From an uncultured Armatimonadetes bacterium (GTDB lineage Bacteria; Armatimonadota; UBA5829; DTJY01): 64,000 nucleotides of DNA. This document shows positions 17,585 through 28,847 of this stretch, piece after piece. Where the stretch lies: positions 4,768,001 to 4,832,000 of the forward strand of contig OY970325.1 in the NCBI GenBank assembly GCA_963717145.1, written 5' to 3'. The first letter of the stretch is position 1. Each line of letters begins with the position of its first letter. The notes under the pieces are model-generated. The model saw only the letters and a list, made by a program, of their open reading frames with translations. It was not told the DNA's origin and made no database searches. Position numbers and translations under genes: made by a program.

Positions 17585-19744
17585 TTGGAACTCTGGCAAT
17601 ATTATAGGATACTCCGGAAGCGCAAATGGCTGATCGTCATCGGCACATTGATCTGTGTCGGGATCGTCGTGGTGGCCAACCACTTCACGCCTCAGATGTG
17701 GGAAGCCTGGACGACCGTCATGGAGAAGATGCCGGGCGATGACAAGGTTTCCATCTACAACGCGCCGTATGCCATACAGATGGACCCGAAGATGCGTCTA
17801 TCCAACCTGGGCCAGCTCGTCAAGAGCCAGACGGTCATGCAGCGATCAGTGGAAACCCTCTACCGCCTCGGGATTGTCGCGAAACCTGAGTCGGTTGTCG
17901 GCACACTGGATGTGACGCCTGTGCTCGATACGGTGATGCTCCGAATCATCGTTCGGTCGGATACTCAGGCAGAATCAGAGGCGACGGCAAACGTCGTCAC
18001 TGCTGAATTCGTCAAATTCTATAATGAGATGAATTATGGGGGGACAACCCACACGAAGCAGTTCATCAAGCGCGAGTTGCCGAAGGTCGAGAAGCGACTG
18101 ACGGAAGCTCGGGAAGCCAGCCGCAAGTACAAAGAGGACACCGGCGCTGTCATGCTGACACAGCAGACCAGCACCCTGATCCAGAAGCTGGCGCAGCTCG
18201 AGACACAGCTATCGCAGTACCAGGTGCAGTCCGTGCAGGCGCGCGGCAAAGCCGAGAGCCTTGAAAAAAAGCTCGCGGATCAGAAGCAGTTCCCGGCGCT
18301 TCGAGATGCTCAGACGACAGTGGCCAGCAATCCGGTCTGGCAGTCGCTCAGGATCGAGCTTTCCAAGCAAGAGATCGAGATGCAGAAGATGCTGCGCGAT
18401 CGGAAGCCGGCTCACCCCGAGGTCATGGCTCTTCAGAATGCGATTGATGAGAACAAGAAGAAGCTGGTAGAAGCGGGGGAAACGGCTCTCAGCAGCACGG
18501 TCACCGCGAACAATCCTGTATACGACAGTCTCATCCAGAACTATGTAGCGGCTGCAGCGGAAGCGATTGCGATGGAAATGGCTCGGGTGGCTGCGGAGGG
18601 GGAGATAGCGGTCGTAAAACCAAAGCTGCAGAAGCTTCCCGCCGAGGAAGCCAAACTCGCTCAGTTGACTCTCGATGAGGACGCTGCCAAGAACACATAC
18701 ACCCTTCTGCGACAGAAGCTCGACGAGGCAACTATCAGAGAGCAGGAAGCCGCAAATGTCACTTCGATCCAAGTTGTGGACCAGGCGCGATCGGGCCCGG
18801 CTGATCCTCGTAAGACGCTGAAGCTGCTCCTGGCCTTACTCCTGGCTCCGATCCTCTGCGCCGGCATAGCGTTCCTTATGAACTACCTGGACAATACCGT
18901 TAAGACACCCGAAGAAGCAGAGGCTTTGCTCAACATGCCGGTTTTTGCGGTAGTCCCGATGGCCAGGTCTCATTCACTGTCCGATAGGAAGCACGTGTCG
19001 GCAGTGATCGGTTCTTCTTACCAGATGCTCTCCACCAATCTCTGGATAAGTCATGCGGAGATGCAGGGACACACAATCCTGGTGGCGAGCGCCGAGCCGG
19101 ATGTCGGCAGATCGACTACGGCCGCGAATCTGGCCATCTCGCTGGCCAGAGACGGCGCTAGAGTCATCCTGGTAGACAGTGACCTCAGACAGCCGTCGCA
19201 GCATGAATTCTTCGAGGTGGTCAACGAGAAGGGACTCAGCAACATCCTGGCCGGTCAGTTGGCCCTCAAGGATGCCCTGCAGCCGACTTCCGTGACGGAC
19301 CTGCTGTTGATTCCCGCTGGGCCGTTGCCTGCGAACCCAGTCAGGATGTTCCGCTCGCCTGAGATGGCGAGATTCGTCAAAGAGATCAATGAACTGGCCG
19401 ATTTCGTGATATTCGACAGCCCGTCGGGCGCAGCATTTGCCGATGCCACCCTGCTGGCAGTACTGGTCAAGAATGTCGTCATCGTCCATGCCGCTGGGAG
19501 TGTGCCGAGAGGTGCGGAGGCGGAGTTCAACGCCCGACTGGCACAGATAGATTCGAACCTCCTCGGCGCCGTGTTGAATATGGTCAAGCCGGAGGACAGT
19601 CACGGCTACTACCACTTCAAGGCAGCTTACGAGGAGACCACTGGCAATGGCAAGCATGCTGGCGCTCTGCCCCTGGGGCGTATCTCAGAAGTGGCCGATG
19701 ATTCCCCGAAGCAGGAAGTAGGGGCCGGCAATACCGAGACGTAA
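17585..19744 (+). CDS. Wzc-like chain-length determinant / BY-kinase
   Basis: Two TMs flanking a coiled coil; cytoplasmic P-loop domain with DSDLRQP and FDSP; TTG start with RBS. Confidence 0.88.
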   Translation: MELWQYYRILRKRKWLIVIGTLICVGIVVVANHFTPQMWEAWTTVMEKMPGDDKVSIYNAPYAIQMDPKMRLSNLGQLVKSQTVMQRSVETLYRLGIVAKPESVVGTLDVTPVLDTVMLRIIVRSDTQAESEATANVVTAEFVKFYNEMNYGGTTHTKQFIKRELPKVEKRLTEAREASRKYKEDTGAVMLTQQTSTLIQKLAQLETQLSQYQVQSVQARGKAESLEKKLADQKQFPALRDAQTTVASNPVWQSLRIELSKQEIEMQKMLRDRKPAHPEVMALQNAIDENKKKLVEAGETALSSTVTANNPVYDSLIQNYVAAAAEAIAMEMARVAAEGEIAVVKPKLQKLPAEEAKLAQLTLDEDAAKNTYTLLRQKLDEATIREQEAANVTSIQVVDQARSGPADPRKTLKLLLALLLAPILCAGIAFLMNYLDNTVKTPEEAEALLNMPVFAVVPMARSHSLSDRKHVSAVIGSSYQMLSTNLWISHAEMQGHTILVASAEPDVGRSTTAANLAISLARDGARVILVDSDLRQPSQHEFFEVVNEKGLSNILAGQLALKDALQPTSVTDLLLIPAGPLPANPVRMFRSPEMARFVKEINELADFVIFDSPSGAAFADATLLAVLVKNVVIVHAAGSVPRGAEAEFNARLAQIDSNLLGAVLNMVKPEDSHGYYHFKAAYEETTGNGKHAGALPLGRISEVADDSPKQEVGAGNTET

Positions 19745-19756
19745 TCGGAGCAATAC

Positions 19757-20455
19757 ATGAGCTTAGGATCGGAAGAACAACGTTCCATGAATAAGGCGGT
19801 TGCACAGTCTGCCGACGAACCGAGGGCAGTTCTGCCCGTACCACACTTGTCGATGTACGAGCTTGCGGTCAAGCGCATGATCGACATCGCAATATCACTG
19901 GTCGCGGTGTTGGTCTTGATCCCGCTGGCCGCGGTGGTCGCCGTCGCTATCAAGCTGGACTCCAGAGGGCCTGTGCTCTTCAAGCAGGCGAGGGTCGGTC
20001 GGAATGGTAGACTGTTTACGCTCTACAAGTTTCGATCGATGCACGAGAATGCGGACCAGATCAAGCAGAGCCTGGGCCACATGAATGAAGCCGAGGGTCC
20101 AGTCTTCAAGATCAAGCGTGATCCCAGGATCACGAAGATAGGGGCCTTCATTCGGAAGTTCAGCCTGGACGAGTTGCCTCAGTTCATGAATGTGCTGAGC
20201 GGCGAGATGAGCCTGGTTGGTCCGAGACCGCCGCTTCCCCAGGAGGTCGAGAGGTATACCGACTACCAGAGGGGACGCCTCGCCGTGAAGCCTGGGCTAA
20301 CCTGCCTGTGGCAGGTGCAGGGACGGAGCAGCGTATCATTCGATCGCTGGGTCGAGCTTGACCTGGAATACATCCGCAGGCAGTCCCTGTGGCTGGACCT
20401 GACGATCATGCTGAAGACGATACCCGCAGTACTGAAGGGTACAGGGGCTTGGTAA
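19757..20455 (+). CDS. Priming sugar-phosphate transferase (bacterial sugar transferase family)
   Basis: KFRSM, DPRITKIG, SLDELPQFMNVL, SLVGPRP, KPGLTCLWQV. Confidence 0.93.
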   Translation: MSLGSEEQRSMNKAVAQSADEPRAVLPVPHLSMYELAVKRMIDIAISLVAVLVLIPLAAVVAVAIKLDSRGPVLFKQARVGRNGRLFTLYKFRSMHENADQIKQSLGHMNEAEGPVFKIKRDPRITKIGAFIRKFSLDELPQFMNVLSGEMSLVGPRPPLPQEVERYTDYQRGRLAVKPGLTCLWQVQGRSSVSFDRWVELDLEYIRRQSLWLDLTIMLKTIPAVLKGTGAW

Positions 20456-20533
20456 GCGTGAGTTTTGTTGCCTGCTCGATTGAGCGATCCTGGGCCAATG
20501 GGGTGTATCGGCCCGGGGTGGAGAGGTATCCGC

Positions 20534-21451
20534 ATGACAACCACTGATTCCATTAGAGGTATAGGTAAAGAGGAGCATTCACCCGAACGGGAGGCCACGA
20601 TCAGCAGTCTCGGCCGGTTGGACTACGTCATCGTGGCTGTGCTTGCAGGACTGGTCGCCTGGATCTACATGCCGAGCTTCAGATGGTGGTATGACGCATG
20701 GATGGCCAAGGAGAGTTCATACTCTCACGGCATACTTATCCCCATTATCGTGGGCTTCATTGTGTGGCTCAAGAGGAAGGCTATTCTGGCAACTCCGGTC
20801 AAGCCGTGTGCGTGGGGGTATGCGGTACTAGTGCCTGCGTTGTTCCTGGTGCTCTTCTCGGCTGTTGCCAACTCAGCAAGCGTTCGAGGCCTCTTATTCC
20901 CCATCGTGATCGGGGGGCTGGTACTGGTGTTGCTGGGGAAAGCAATGTTGAAGCAACTCGTGTTCCCCATATTCTACCTGTACTTCATGTGTGTACTGCC
21001 TGGTCACCTGTTGGCGCCCATGTCATTCCGCATACAGATGCTCTCCACCGCCGGGGCCGCTATGATCCTCAAAGGAATAGGACTCGGTGTCACTCAGGCC
21101 GGCCAGATCATAACGATGCCGAATGGAGTCGAGGCGCAGGTCGCAGAGGCATGCAGTGGCTTCCGTCTTCTCATCTCGCTCTTCGCGTTTTCAGTCTTGT
21201 TTGCGTTTCTGAAAGAGGGGCCGTTGTGGGGACGGCTCTCGCTCATCGCGGTGACGGCGCCGCTAAGTCTCGTGGCGAACTCAGTAAGGATAGCGCTGGT
21301 ATGCATGGTCGGTGAGTATGGGGGAGTGGATGCGATGCATTCGTTTCACGACTACTCAGGCTATCTCGTTCTGCTGCTGGCCTTCATTGTTCTTCCCCAG
21401 ATCGCGAGGTTGGTGAAATGTCAAAATTTCAACTCCATGCTCTCATCATGA
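20534..21451 (+). CDS. Exosortase (EpsH family)
   Basis: YSHG, catalytic EACSG, NSVR, FHD triad; multiple TMs. Confidence 0.9.
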   Translation: MTTTDSIRGIGKEEHSPEREATISSLGRLDYVIVAVLAGLVAWIYMPSFRWWYDAWMAKESSYSHGILIPIIVGFIVWLKRKAILATPVKPCAWGYAVLVPALFLVLFSAVANSASVRGLLFPIVIGGLVLVLLGKAMLKQLVFPIFYLYFMCVLPGHLLAPMSFRIQMLSTAGAAMILKGIGLGVTQAGQIITMPNGVEAQVAEACSGFRLLISLFAFSVLFAFLKEGPLWGRLSLIAVTAPLSLVANSVRIALVCMVGEYGGVDAMHSFHDYSGYLVLLLAFIVLPQIARLVKCQNFNSMLSS

Positions 21452-22077
21452 TCGTCCTGTGTGCCCTGACTCTTGCCGGCACGAAGGCAGTCGCTCCGAC
21501 GAAGACAGGTAGGGTTACCACCGATTTCTCTGCGATTCCGTTCGAATTCGCCGGTTGGACTACCCTGGACGATCCCGGTTTCGACGACGAGTCGAAGCGG
21601 CTGCTACCGTCCAGTAGCCTGATGCGCCGCTTCTACGAGCATTCCGATTACGATGGCGCCGTTGAGCTTGCCATAGTCTACGGAGCGGATCTGGGCAATT
21701 TCCATCAGCCCGAGATATGTCTCGAAGGACAAGGTTGGCGTGGTCAGTCGAGCCGTATGGTGCGAATCAAGAATACCGACGGATCATCATTCGATGCAAT
21801 GAGCCTGATCATGACACACGAGGCGCAAGGCAGAACGGCCTTTCTGTACTGGTTCATGTCCGAAGGTACGATCTCAACTTCTCTCGGGAACTACAAGACG
21901 AAGGTATTGGTCAATCGTCTGATGCTGCGGGAGGTTCATCCCTCCGCCATGATCAGGCTGTCAGCCCCTGCGGCCAACGGCGATGAGGACGCGACGAAGC
22001 AGCTCATCGGTTTCGCAGATGCGGCACTGCCATTCCTGAAGAAGGAATTCGTGCGACCGACTGTGGGCATGGACTGA
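21418..22077 (+). CDS. EpsI family exosortase-associated protein
   Basis: HQPEICLEGQGW motif, LYWF; overlaps the exosortase end. Confidence 0.85.
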   Translation: MSKFQLHALIMIVLCALTLAGTKAVAPTKTGRVTTDFSAIPFEFAGWTTLDDPGFDDESKRLLPSSSLMRRFYEHSDYDGAVELAIVYGADLGNFHQPEICLEGQGWRGQSSRMVRIKNTDGSSFDAMSLIMTHEAQGRTAFLYWFMSEGTISTSLGNYKTKVLVNRLMLREVHPSAMIRLSAPAANGDEDATKQLIGFADAALPFLKKEFVRPTVGMD

Positions 22078-22217
22078 TGCCGTGGATCTGAAGTCCGCGA
22101 TAGATCATCGTTCCGTGAGTTGACGAGGGGCTCTCATCAGCAGATATGGGTGAGGCAGAGTCGCCTGTGGGCGATGCGGAATGAGCGCGTGGCGTAACAA
22201 TCGGAGTTGCCAAACCT

Positions 22218-24077
22218 TTGAGTGTCAAACGATTTCGAGCCCGAAGAGCCTGGCATAGAAGGCTTATTCGGAGAGTGCTCAATTTCATATGGGTCAGGAT
22301 TGTTGTAGCGGGACGATTCATCGCTGGTTCCTCTCTTGTTCGTCGGATCGTTCGGCTGCGTGCAGTTCGTGTTGTGCGATGGCTGCTGGTCTTTCTGTGG
22401 AGTCGGCTCATGTGGCCGGCTTGGCGATGGTCCTCGCGGTCGATAGGCTTGGCACGTCGCTCTCTGGGCAAGCACGAGGTATGGTACTGGCTGGTTGCCT
22501 GGGCCTGCTGCGGCGGTCTTGCGTACGCGATTCTGCAGCTACCCCCGACCAAAGTGTTCACACTCGTATTCGGCCTCATTGCCTTGGCGGTTTTCGTACG
22601 GCGATTAGAGTTGGGGATAGTTGCAGTGATGGTTTTCGTCGCCAGTTTCATCCACCATGCTTCCCTGCCGAAACTCGCACTTGGCGGAATGGGTCCTAAT
22701 TCACCCGAGTTACTCGTCATCATCATGCTCGGCATCGTATTCCTCCACTCGTGCAGGCACCGCAAGGTTCGGCTGTTCCAGAGCCCGATCACCCTGCCGC
22801 TCCTTCTGCTATATGTAGCTGTTATGATGTCTATGGTCGAATCATTCAGGTTATTCAAGACCAGAAATGAGGCGGACCTCTTCTCACTCAGCCAGATCTA
22901 TAGCAACGCTCGCCCGATGTTCTACTATGCTTTCTTCTTTGTGGTTGCATTTGGGATACAGACTCAGCGACAACTCAGATTTGTGCTCAGGACCGTCGTC
23001 TGGATAGGCGCGATCGTTTCTGTGATGATAGTTCTGCAATCCTATCTGGGGCCACACGGCAAGAACCTGTTCATTGGCGGACAATTTCAGCAATCATACA
23101 CGGAGTCCTTTTCACCTGACCAGCAGGAGATAGCTCGCTCGATCCCCCCTGGGCTAGCACCCATATGCATCTTTTTCCTTGTTACCATAGCGGCTGCCGG
23201 ATATCAGAAATCTCGCGCGGCCATTATCAGTTCTATGGCGGCGGTTATTCTCGGCGTGGGAGTCATCTTCAGTTTCTACAGGAGCTTCATGATCAGCAGT
23301 CTGCTGGGGATATTTATCATGTGGCTGGCATCGGGCGCCGAGGCAAAGCGCCGGTTGATGGTCTATGGCACAGTAGTGGTACTTGTGACCGTGTTGGGGA
23401 CGATCACGATTGGGACATTCGTCCAAGCGGGCACGGGATCGAAAGTAGTGAGCTTGGTTACCTTGAGATTCGTCTCCCTCTTCACAACGGAGACCTACGC
23501 TGTGGACGAGTCGTATCGGAACCGAGTGCGGGAGGACCGTGAAGCGATTGAGAATATCAAGCGGAGCCCCATCATCGGTATCGGCTCCGGAACGCCGCGT
23601 CAATACCTTCACTGGACTCGGCCGGGCACGTATACCCAATTATTATATCCAATCTTTTATATCCATAACAGCTATCTGGAGTTGTGGGAGATATACGGTC
23701 TCCTCGGAATCGTCAGCTTCCTCTGGATTTCCATAGCCTTTCTGATAAGGTCGTTCGTCGTGTTCAGGCGTGTGCCGCACCCGTCATGGAAGGCGGTTGC
23801 CATCGGATGCTTCGCGGGCTATATCGGGTTCCTGATCAGGTCGATCACGCAGCCTCATATCATGCACGACGTCTACTACATCGTGACGGCCGCTCTGGTG
23901 TGGGGGATCATAGAAGTAATCTCACGGTTGCACGACGAAGGTCAGCTCACGGAAGGGAATGAGGATCCGGTCACGTCCGCATCCAGCGAGGTTCCGGCGC
24001 TTCCGCGGCCCGGCGCAAGGCTCAGAGGCCGGGTAGGCCTCCCGCAACGCGCTTTCATGCGAGGCCGTAGCGCGTAG
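22218..24077 (+). CDS. O-antigen ligase / Wzy-like polymerase
   Basis: More than 10 TMs, SFYRS, PIIGIGSG, HNSYLELWEIYGLLG; start uncertain. Confidence 0.8.
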   Translation: MSVKRFRARRAWHRRLIRRVLNFIWVRIVVAGRFIAGSSLVRRIVRLRAVRVVRWLLVFLWSRLMWPAWRWSSRSIGLARRSLGKHEVWYWLVAWACCGGLAYAILQLPPTKVFTLVFGLIALAVFVRRLELGIVAVMVFVASFIHHASLPKLALGGMGPNSPELLVIIMLGIVFLHSCRHRKVRLFQSPITLPLLLLYVAVMMSMVESFRLFKTRNEADLFSLSQIYSNARPMFYYAFFFVVAFGIQTQRQLRFVLRTVVWIGAIVSVMIVLQSYLGPHGKNLFIGGQFQQSYTESFSPDQQEIARSIPPGLAPICIFFLVTIAAAGYQKSRAAIISSMAAVILGVGVIFSFYRSFMISSLLGIFIMWLASGAEAKRRLMVYGTVVVLVTVLGTITIGTFVQAGTGSKVVSLVTLRFVSLFTTETYAVDESYRNRVREDREAIENIKRSPIIGIGSGTPRQYLHWTRPGTYTQLLYPIFYIHNSYLELWEIYGLLGIVSFLWISIAFLIRSFVVFRRVPHPSWKAVAIGCFAGYIGFLIRSITQPHIMHDVYYIVTAALVWGIIEVISRLHDEGQLTEGNEDPVTSASSEVPALPRPGARLRGRVGLPQRAFMRGRSA

Positions 24078-24195
24078 GAGATTCGGAATCACTCCTACAC
24101 CGGGTGGTTTTGAGCGATGGAACAGCGCCCATTGGGCCCAATGTCCTCGAATCCACCACACTTGGCATACAGCCATAGGATACGGTCACACAGCC

Positions 24196-25647
24196 ATGGG
24201 TAAAGACGCCCGAAGCGTTCTGAAGAACTCGGTAGCCAGCATTGCGGGGCAGATGGTCACCCTCCTCGTCGGCATCGTATCGAGCGTCTACGTCGCGCGG
24301 ACCCTCGGGAAAGATCAGTTCGGCATGCTCAGTTGGGCGCTGGGACTCGTCATGATCGTCCGGGCCATCGCGACGATCGGACTGGACAATGTCATCACGC
24401 GTGACGCTGCGCAGAATCGGGAGAAAGCTCCGGAATATCTGCTCAGTTCGTTTGTCCTGAAGCTGTTCTCTGCCAGCCTGTGCTACGCGGGCATAGTCGT
24501 ATACCTGCGGATGAGAGGCTATGGGGGACTGCAGATCGCAGTAGGGTACATTCTGTGCTCGATGGTTCTATTCGAGACGCTGGATTCCAGTTGCAGAGCT
24601 GTGTTGATCGGGATCGAGCGGCAGGACGTGTCCGTCGGAGTGGCGGTGGTGACCAATATAGTGAGAGTCGCCGCCGTCGTCATCCTGATCTACCTGGGCT
24701 ACAACGTGATCGCCGTAGCCTGGGTCACCATAGGTGCGGCGGTTGTGACACTTATCCTGCACTTCGTGGCCATTCACCGGCTGCTGGGCGGTGTGTGGCG
24801 GCCCAGTGTGTCGGCTATGAAGCACATGTTGCTCGTCGGCTCCACGTTCTTCGCATCCTATTTCTTCGACAAGGTCTTCGACCGCGCTGACTATGTCATG
24901 CTCGACTGGTTCAAGGGTGTCGGCGAGGTGGGCGTTTACTCGGCGGCATATCGCATAATGGACGTTGTGACGATGGTCGCCTGGAGTAGTAGTGTTGCTC
25001 TGTACCCGATAATGTCCAGAAGGGCGCAGGGTTCCAAGGACGCCTATGCGCGTGCCATCGAGAGGTCCACGAAGTATCTGACCATGCTCGGCATCCCCCT
25101 GTGCTTCGGCATATTCTTGCTGAGCCATCCTCTCATGGTCCTGCTATACTCCAGCAAGTTCGCCATCTCCGGATCGTGTCTGGCCATTCTGATCTGGGGC
25201 AGGGTGCTGTCTTTTGTCATTTTCCCGGGTCTGCAGGCCGTCCAGTCGAGGAATGCCCAGCTCTGGCTTGTACCACCTGCGGTGATCAGGGTGTTGATCA
25301 ACTTGGCCATGAATCTGTACCTGATCCCCAGGTACGGTTGCATCGGGGCCAGTATCGCCATGCTTGTTACGGAAAACGTGTATTTCATCCTGCTGTACGT
25401 GATTGCCTTCAGGGGACCTGAGCGCTTCAACTGGATTGCCCTGCTGACTCGTCCGGTATTGGCCGGATTGGTGATGGCAGGGGTGGTGCTCTTGGTGCGT
25501 CCCCTTGGCATCGTGGTGGCCACCGCAGCAGGAATGATCGCATATGTGCTGGCACTGCCAGCTTTGGGCGCCATAGACTCGGATGATAGAAGACTACTGG
25601 CTGGTCTGGTTAGCGACTTCCGGAACCGACGCCAGAAGGCGGCTTGA
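24196..25647 (+). CDS. Wzx flippase
   Basis: ARTLGKDQFG, VGVYSAAYRI, LIPRYGCIGASIA; MOP-type TM pattern. Confidence 0.9.
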   Translation: MGKDARSVLKNSVASIAGQMVTLLVGIVSSVYVARTLGKDQFGMLSWALGLVMIVRAIATIGLDNVITRDAAQNREKAPEYLLSSFVLKLFSASLCYAGIVVYLRMRGYGGLQIAVGYILCSMVLFETLDSSCRAVLIGIERQDVSVGVAVVTNIVRVAAVVILIYLGYNVIAVAWVTIGAAVVTLILHFVAIHRLLGGVWRPSVSAMKHMLLVGSTFFASYFFDKVFDRADYVMLDWFKGVGEVGVYSAAYRIMDVVTMVAWSSSVALYPIMSRRAQGSKDAYARAIERSTKYLTMLGIPLCFGIFLLSHPLMVLLYSSKFAISGSCLAILIWGRVLSFVIFPGLQAVQSRNAQLWLVPPAVIRVLINLAMNLYLIPRYGCIGASIAMLVTENVYFILLYVIAFRGPERFNWIALLTRPVLAGLVMAGVVLLVRPLGIVVATAAGMIAYVLALPALGAIDSDDRRLLAGLVSDFRNRRQKAA

Positions 25648-25725
25648 GAAGCCATGTGGTACACGGGCGAGCGCAACCGTCACGGCGGTTGCCGAATTCT
25701 AACACACCAAGATGGAGGCTGAATT

Positions 25726-26490
25726 GTGGATCTAGTCAAACGAGGGTTACTGCGAGTTCTGATTGCTTTGAGAGTCTACCCAAGTAGGTATTTCTTGCCG
25801 TCACCCAGAAAAGCTCACGAGTTCACTGAACTTCTGCGGGGAGTGAAGTTCTCCGGAAATGAGTCCGTCCTGGACTTCGGCTGCGGGGCTGGTTTACAGG
25901 CCTTTCTTATTGGAACAAAATGCGCTAGCATTCTTGGTCTGGACCTATCCGACAACCTGACAACGAGGGCAAAGCCAAAGTCGGAACTCCTGAGAGGACG
26001 GATCAACAGCAAGTTTCATCATGGACTGATCGAGGAGGCGGGGCTCGAAGATGAGTCGTTCGACAAGGTCTTCAGCTTTTGTGTGATCGAACATGTGCCG
26101 AACTACGAGGAGGTGCTCCGTTGCATCTACCGCATAATGAAAAAGGGTGGCGAGTTCATATTCGACGTCGATTCTCTGGAGAGCATCGATGATCCGAAGC
26201 TCATCGAGAAACACAGAGTTGACTGCTATATCGAGAGGTATTTCCGAGAGGACGACCTCAGGGAACTACTCGAGCGAGTCGGGTTTACCGATATTCGGAT
26301 TAGCCCGCTATTAAGAAGCGACTATGCCAAGCAGGTATTCATCGAGGGGCTTGTCGAGGGGAGATTTGCCTCTGGATTTGTCAAGACGTTCTTTGGATAC
26401 ATCCGCCTGAAGCGCGAGGAGAACCGCAGCAGATCCAAGACAAAGGGCTTATTCCTCATGGCAAAGTGTCGGAAGCCTGCGGTGGGTTAG
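25726..26490 (+). CDS. Class I SAM-dependent methyltransferase
   Basis: VLDFGCGAG, FDKVFSFCVIEHV. Confidence 0.85.
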   Translation: MDLVKRGLLRVLIALRVYPSRYFLPSPRKAHEFTELLRGVKFSGNESVLDFGCGAGLQAFLIGTKCASILGLDLSDNLTTRAKPKSELLRGRINSKFHHGLIEEAGLEDESFDKVFSFCVIEHVPNYEEVLRCIYRIMKKGGEFIFDVDSLESIDDPKLIEKHRVDCYIERYFREDDLRELLERVGFTDIRISPLLRSDYAKQVFIEGLVEGRFASGFVKTFFGYIRLKREENRSRSKTKGLFLMAKCRKPAVG

Positions 26491-26532
26491 ATGTTCGGCT
26501 GTCGTGAACATGCAAGATAAGGAGGTTGTCAA

Positions 26533-27682
26533 GTGAGATCTGAGAGTGAAGATGCGAGTAGGCTGAAGATAACGCATGGCGCTTACTGGTTTGCTACAGC
26601 TACCCTTCATCTGGCGAATGAGCAAGTCAAGCGCCATGATGTCATGGTGATCACGACACGCAGGGCGGTGGAGTGGATAGTCGAAGACGGTTGGCGAGAA
26701 CTCTATGATCCGCGCGTTCGCCTCAGGGTCGAGCGAGACAGGGCGCGCAGAGATCCACTGTACTACACGGATCGGATCATCGGTTTCTGGAAAGGCGTGC
26801 ATCAGTTCAAACCTGACGTGCTCCACATCCAACAGCCTTCCGACCACTTCCTGAACCATCTGTTCGTCCGATTGGACCGTCTTCCCATAGTCCTCACGGT
26901 GCACGATCCTGCACCCCACCTGGGTGACAAGATACTGGATTTCCGTCGGAAGGAGCCCTTGACCCGGGAACTCCAGCGGCGGGCTGACTGGATCATCGTC
27001 CACGGCCAGGGAGTCAAGGACCAGCTTCTGGAGGTCAATCCCGATCTGGATCCGGAGCGAATCTCGGTCGTACTGCTTGGAGCATGGCAGTACGTGCTGA
27101 CATGGAAGAAGCCGGAGTACCGGGAGCGTCCGAAGTCCGTTCTCTTCTTTGGACGGATCAACGCCTACAAGGGGCTCTGGGGTTCTTCTCGATGCCTGGG
27201 AGCATGTTCGCCGAGCTTCACCGGAGGCGCGGCTCGTCGTCGCCGGCACGGGATACGACTTGCCGAATCATCGAGACAGGATACTGGCGGATCCGAGCTG
27301 TGAGTTGGTCGACAGAGTTGTGTCAACACCGGAGATGTCCCGATTATTCGCGGAGGCAAGCATCGTTGTCATGCCGTATATCGAGGGCACGCAGAGCGGT
27401 CCACTGTCCGTATCCGTGGCGTTCGGAAAGCCGGTCGTGGTGACAAATGTTGGCGGCCTCCCGGAAATGGTGGACGAGAATCGGAGTGGACTCATCGTAC
27501 CGCCAAAGGATCCGGAAGCTTTGGCCGATGCGATCGTCCGATTGCTGGAGGACGAGCCGCTTCGGCAGAAGCTGGCACAGGGGGCGACGGAGCTAAGCCA
27601 GGGCAGGTTGAGCCCGGCTGTTCTGGCGGTGGAGACGGAAGACGTCTACCGCCGGGCAATCGATTTCCATAAGAGTAAGTAG
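26533..27682 (+). pseudogene. GT4 glycosyltransferase with a +1 frameshift near 27178 (possible sequencing error)
   Basis: FFGRINAYKGL joins GVLLDAW...TQSGP...GGLPEMV in another frame. Confidence 0.8.
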
Positions 27683-27705
27683 AGCTTGTGACTGACAAAG
27701 ACACT

Positions 27706-28847
27706 ATGAGTGAAGCCAAACCGCGAGTCTGTCTAGTCTCGACATCTCAGATACTCAGCAATCTGATGTTGGACCAGAGCTATAAGTACGTTGGCGGCGC
27801 CGAGGTGCAGCAGACTCTCATCGTGCAGATGCTCAAGGACATCGGCTGCGAGGTCAGCGTTCTGGTTCACGATCTTGGTCAGCCGGATGAGGTGGTTACC
27901 GAGGAGGGGGTGCGTCTCATCAAGGCATACAGAGCGCGCAGGCGGCTGAGCGATCTGGTTCTCTTCTGGCGACATCCGCTCTGGAAAGCAATGAAGCGGG
28001 CCGACGCCGATCTGTTCTACCAGCGCGCTACCGGTACTATGACGGGTATCCTCTGTATCCTGTGCAAGCTGTTGGGCAAGCCCTTTGCTCATGCCACATC
28101 CATTGACCTGGATCTGGACGGCACCAAGGAAGCGGGGCTGAATCCTGTCAAGCGCGTGGTGTACAGATATGGTATCCGCAACGCCACCGCTGTAGTCGTA
28201 CAGACGGATAAGCAAGACTCGGACCTGCGGAAGCGATTCGGCAGAGAAGGGTTCATCGTACGGAATACATTCGTGTGCCCGCCGAGAGTTCGGATCGCGA
28301 GCGGCGATCCGTCATCTGGGTGGGCAGCTTCCGCGATCACAAGCGTCCGGAATGGTTCGTGGAGCTTGCCAGGAGCTTGCCCGAACAGGAGTTCCTGATG
28401 GTTGGCGGCCCGTTCTATAGCCATCCGGAGTTGTTCGAGGAGATCAAGAGGCGGGCCGATGAGATCCCGAACTTGAAGTTGACCGGCATGGTGCCTTTCA
28501 AAGAGGTCGGGGAGTACTTCCGAAAGGCCAGGCTGCTGGTGTGTACGTCGATCATGGAAGGTTTTCCAAACACGTTTCTGCAAGCCTGGAGTCTCGGCGT
28601 ACCGGTTGTATCTACCTTCGACCCGGATGGGACTATCGAGAAGTACGGGATCGGGCGGCATTGCACCACCTTATGTGATATGATAGAGGCGGTCCGTGAT
28701 CTGCTCTCCTGCGGCAGCTCGTACGAAGAGACCAGCGGGCGCTCGATGGAGTACGTCAAGCAGAACCACAGCCCAGAGGTCGTCAGCGCTCGCTATCGCG
28801 AGTTGATCGAGCGCCTGACGTACAGCGCGAGTGATGCGAATGCATAG
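27706..28847 (+). pseudogene. GT4 glycosyltransferase with a frameshift near 28276
   Basis: GGAEVQ N-domain and HKRPEWF/EGFPNTFLQAW C-domain are in different frames. Confidence 0.8.
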
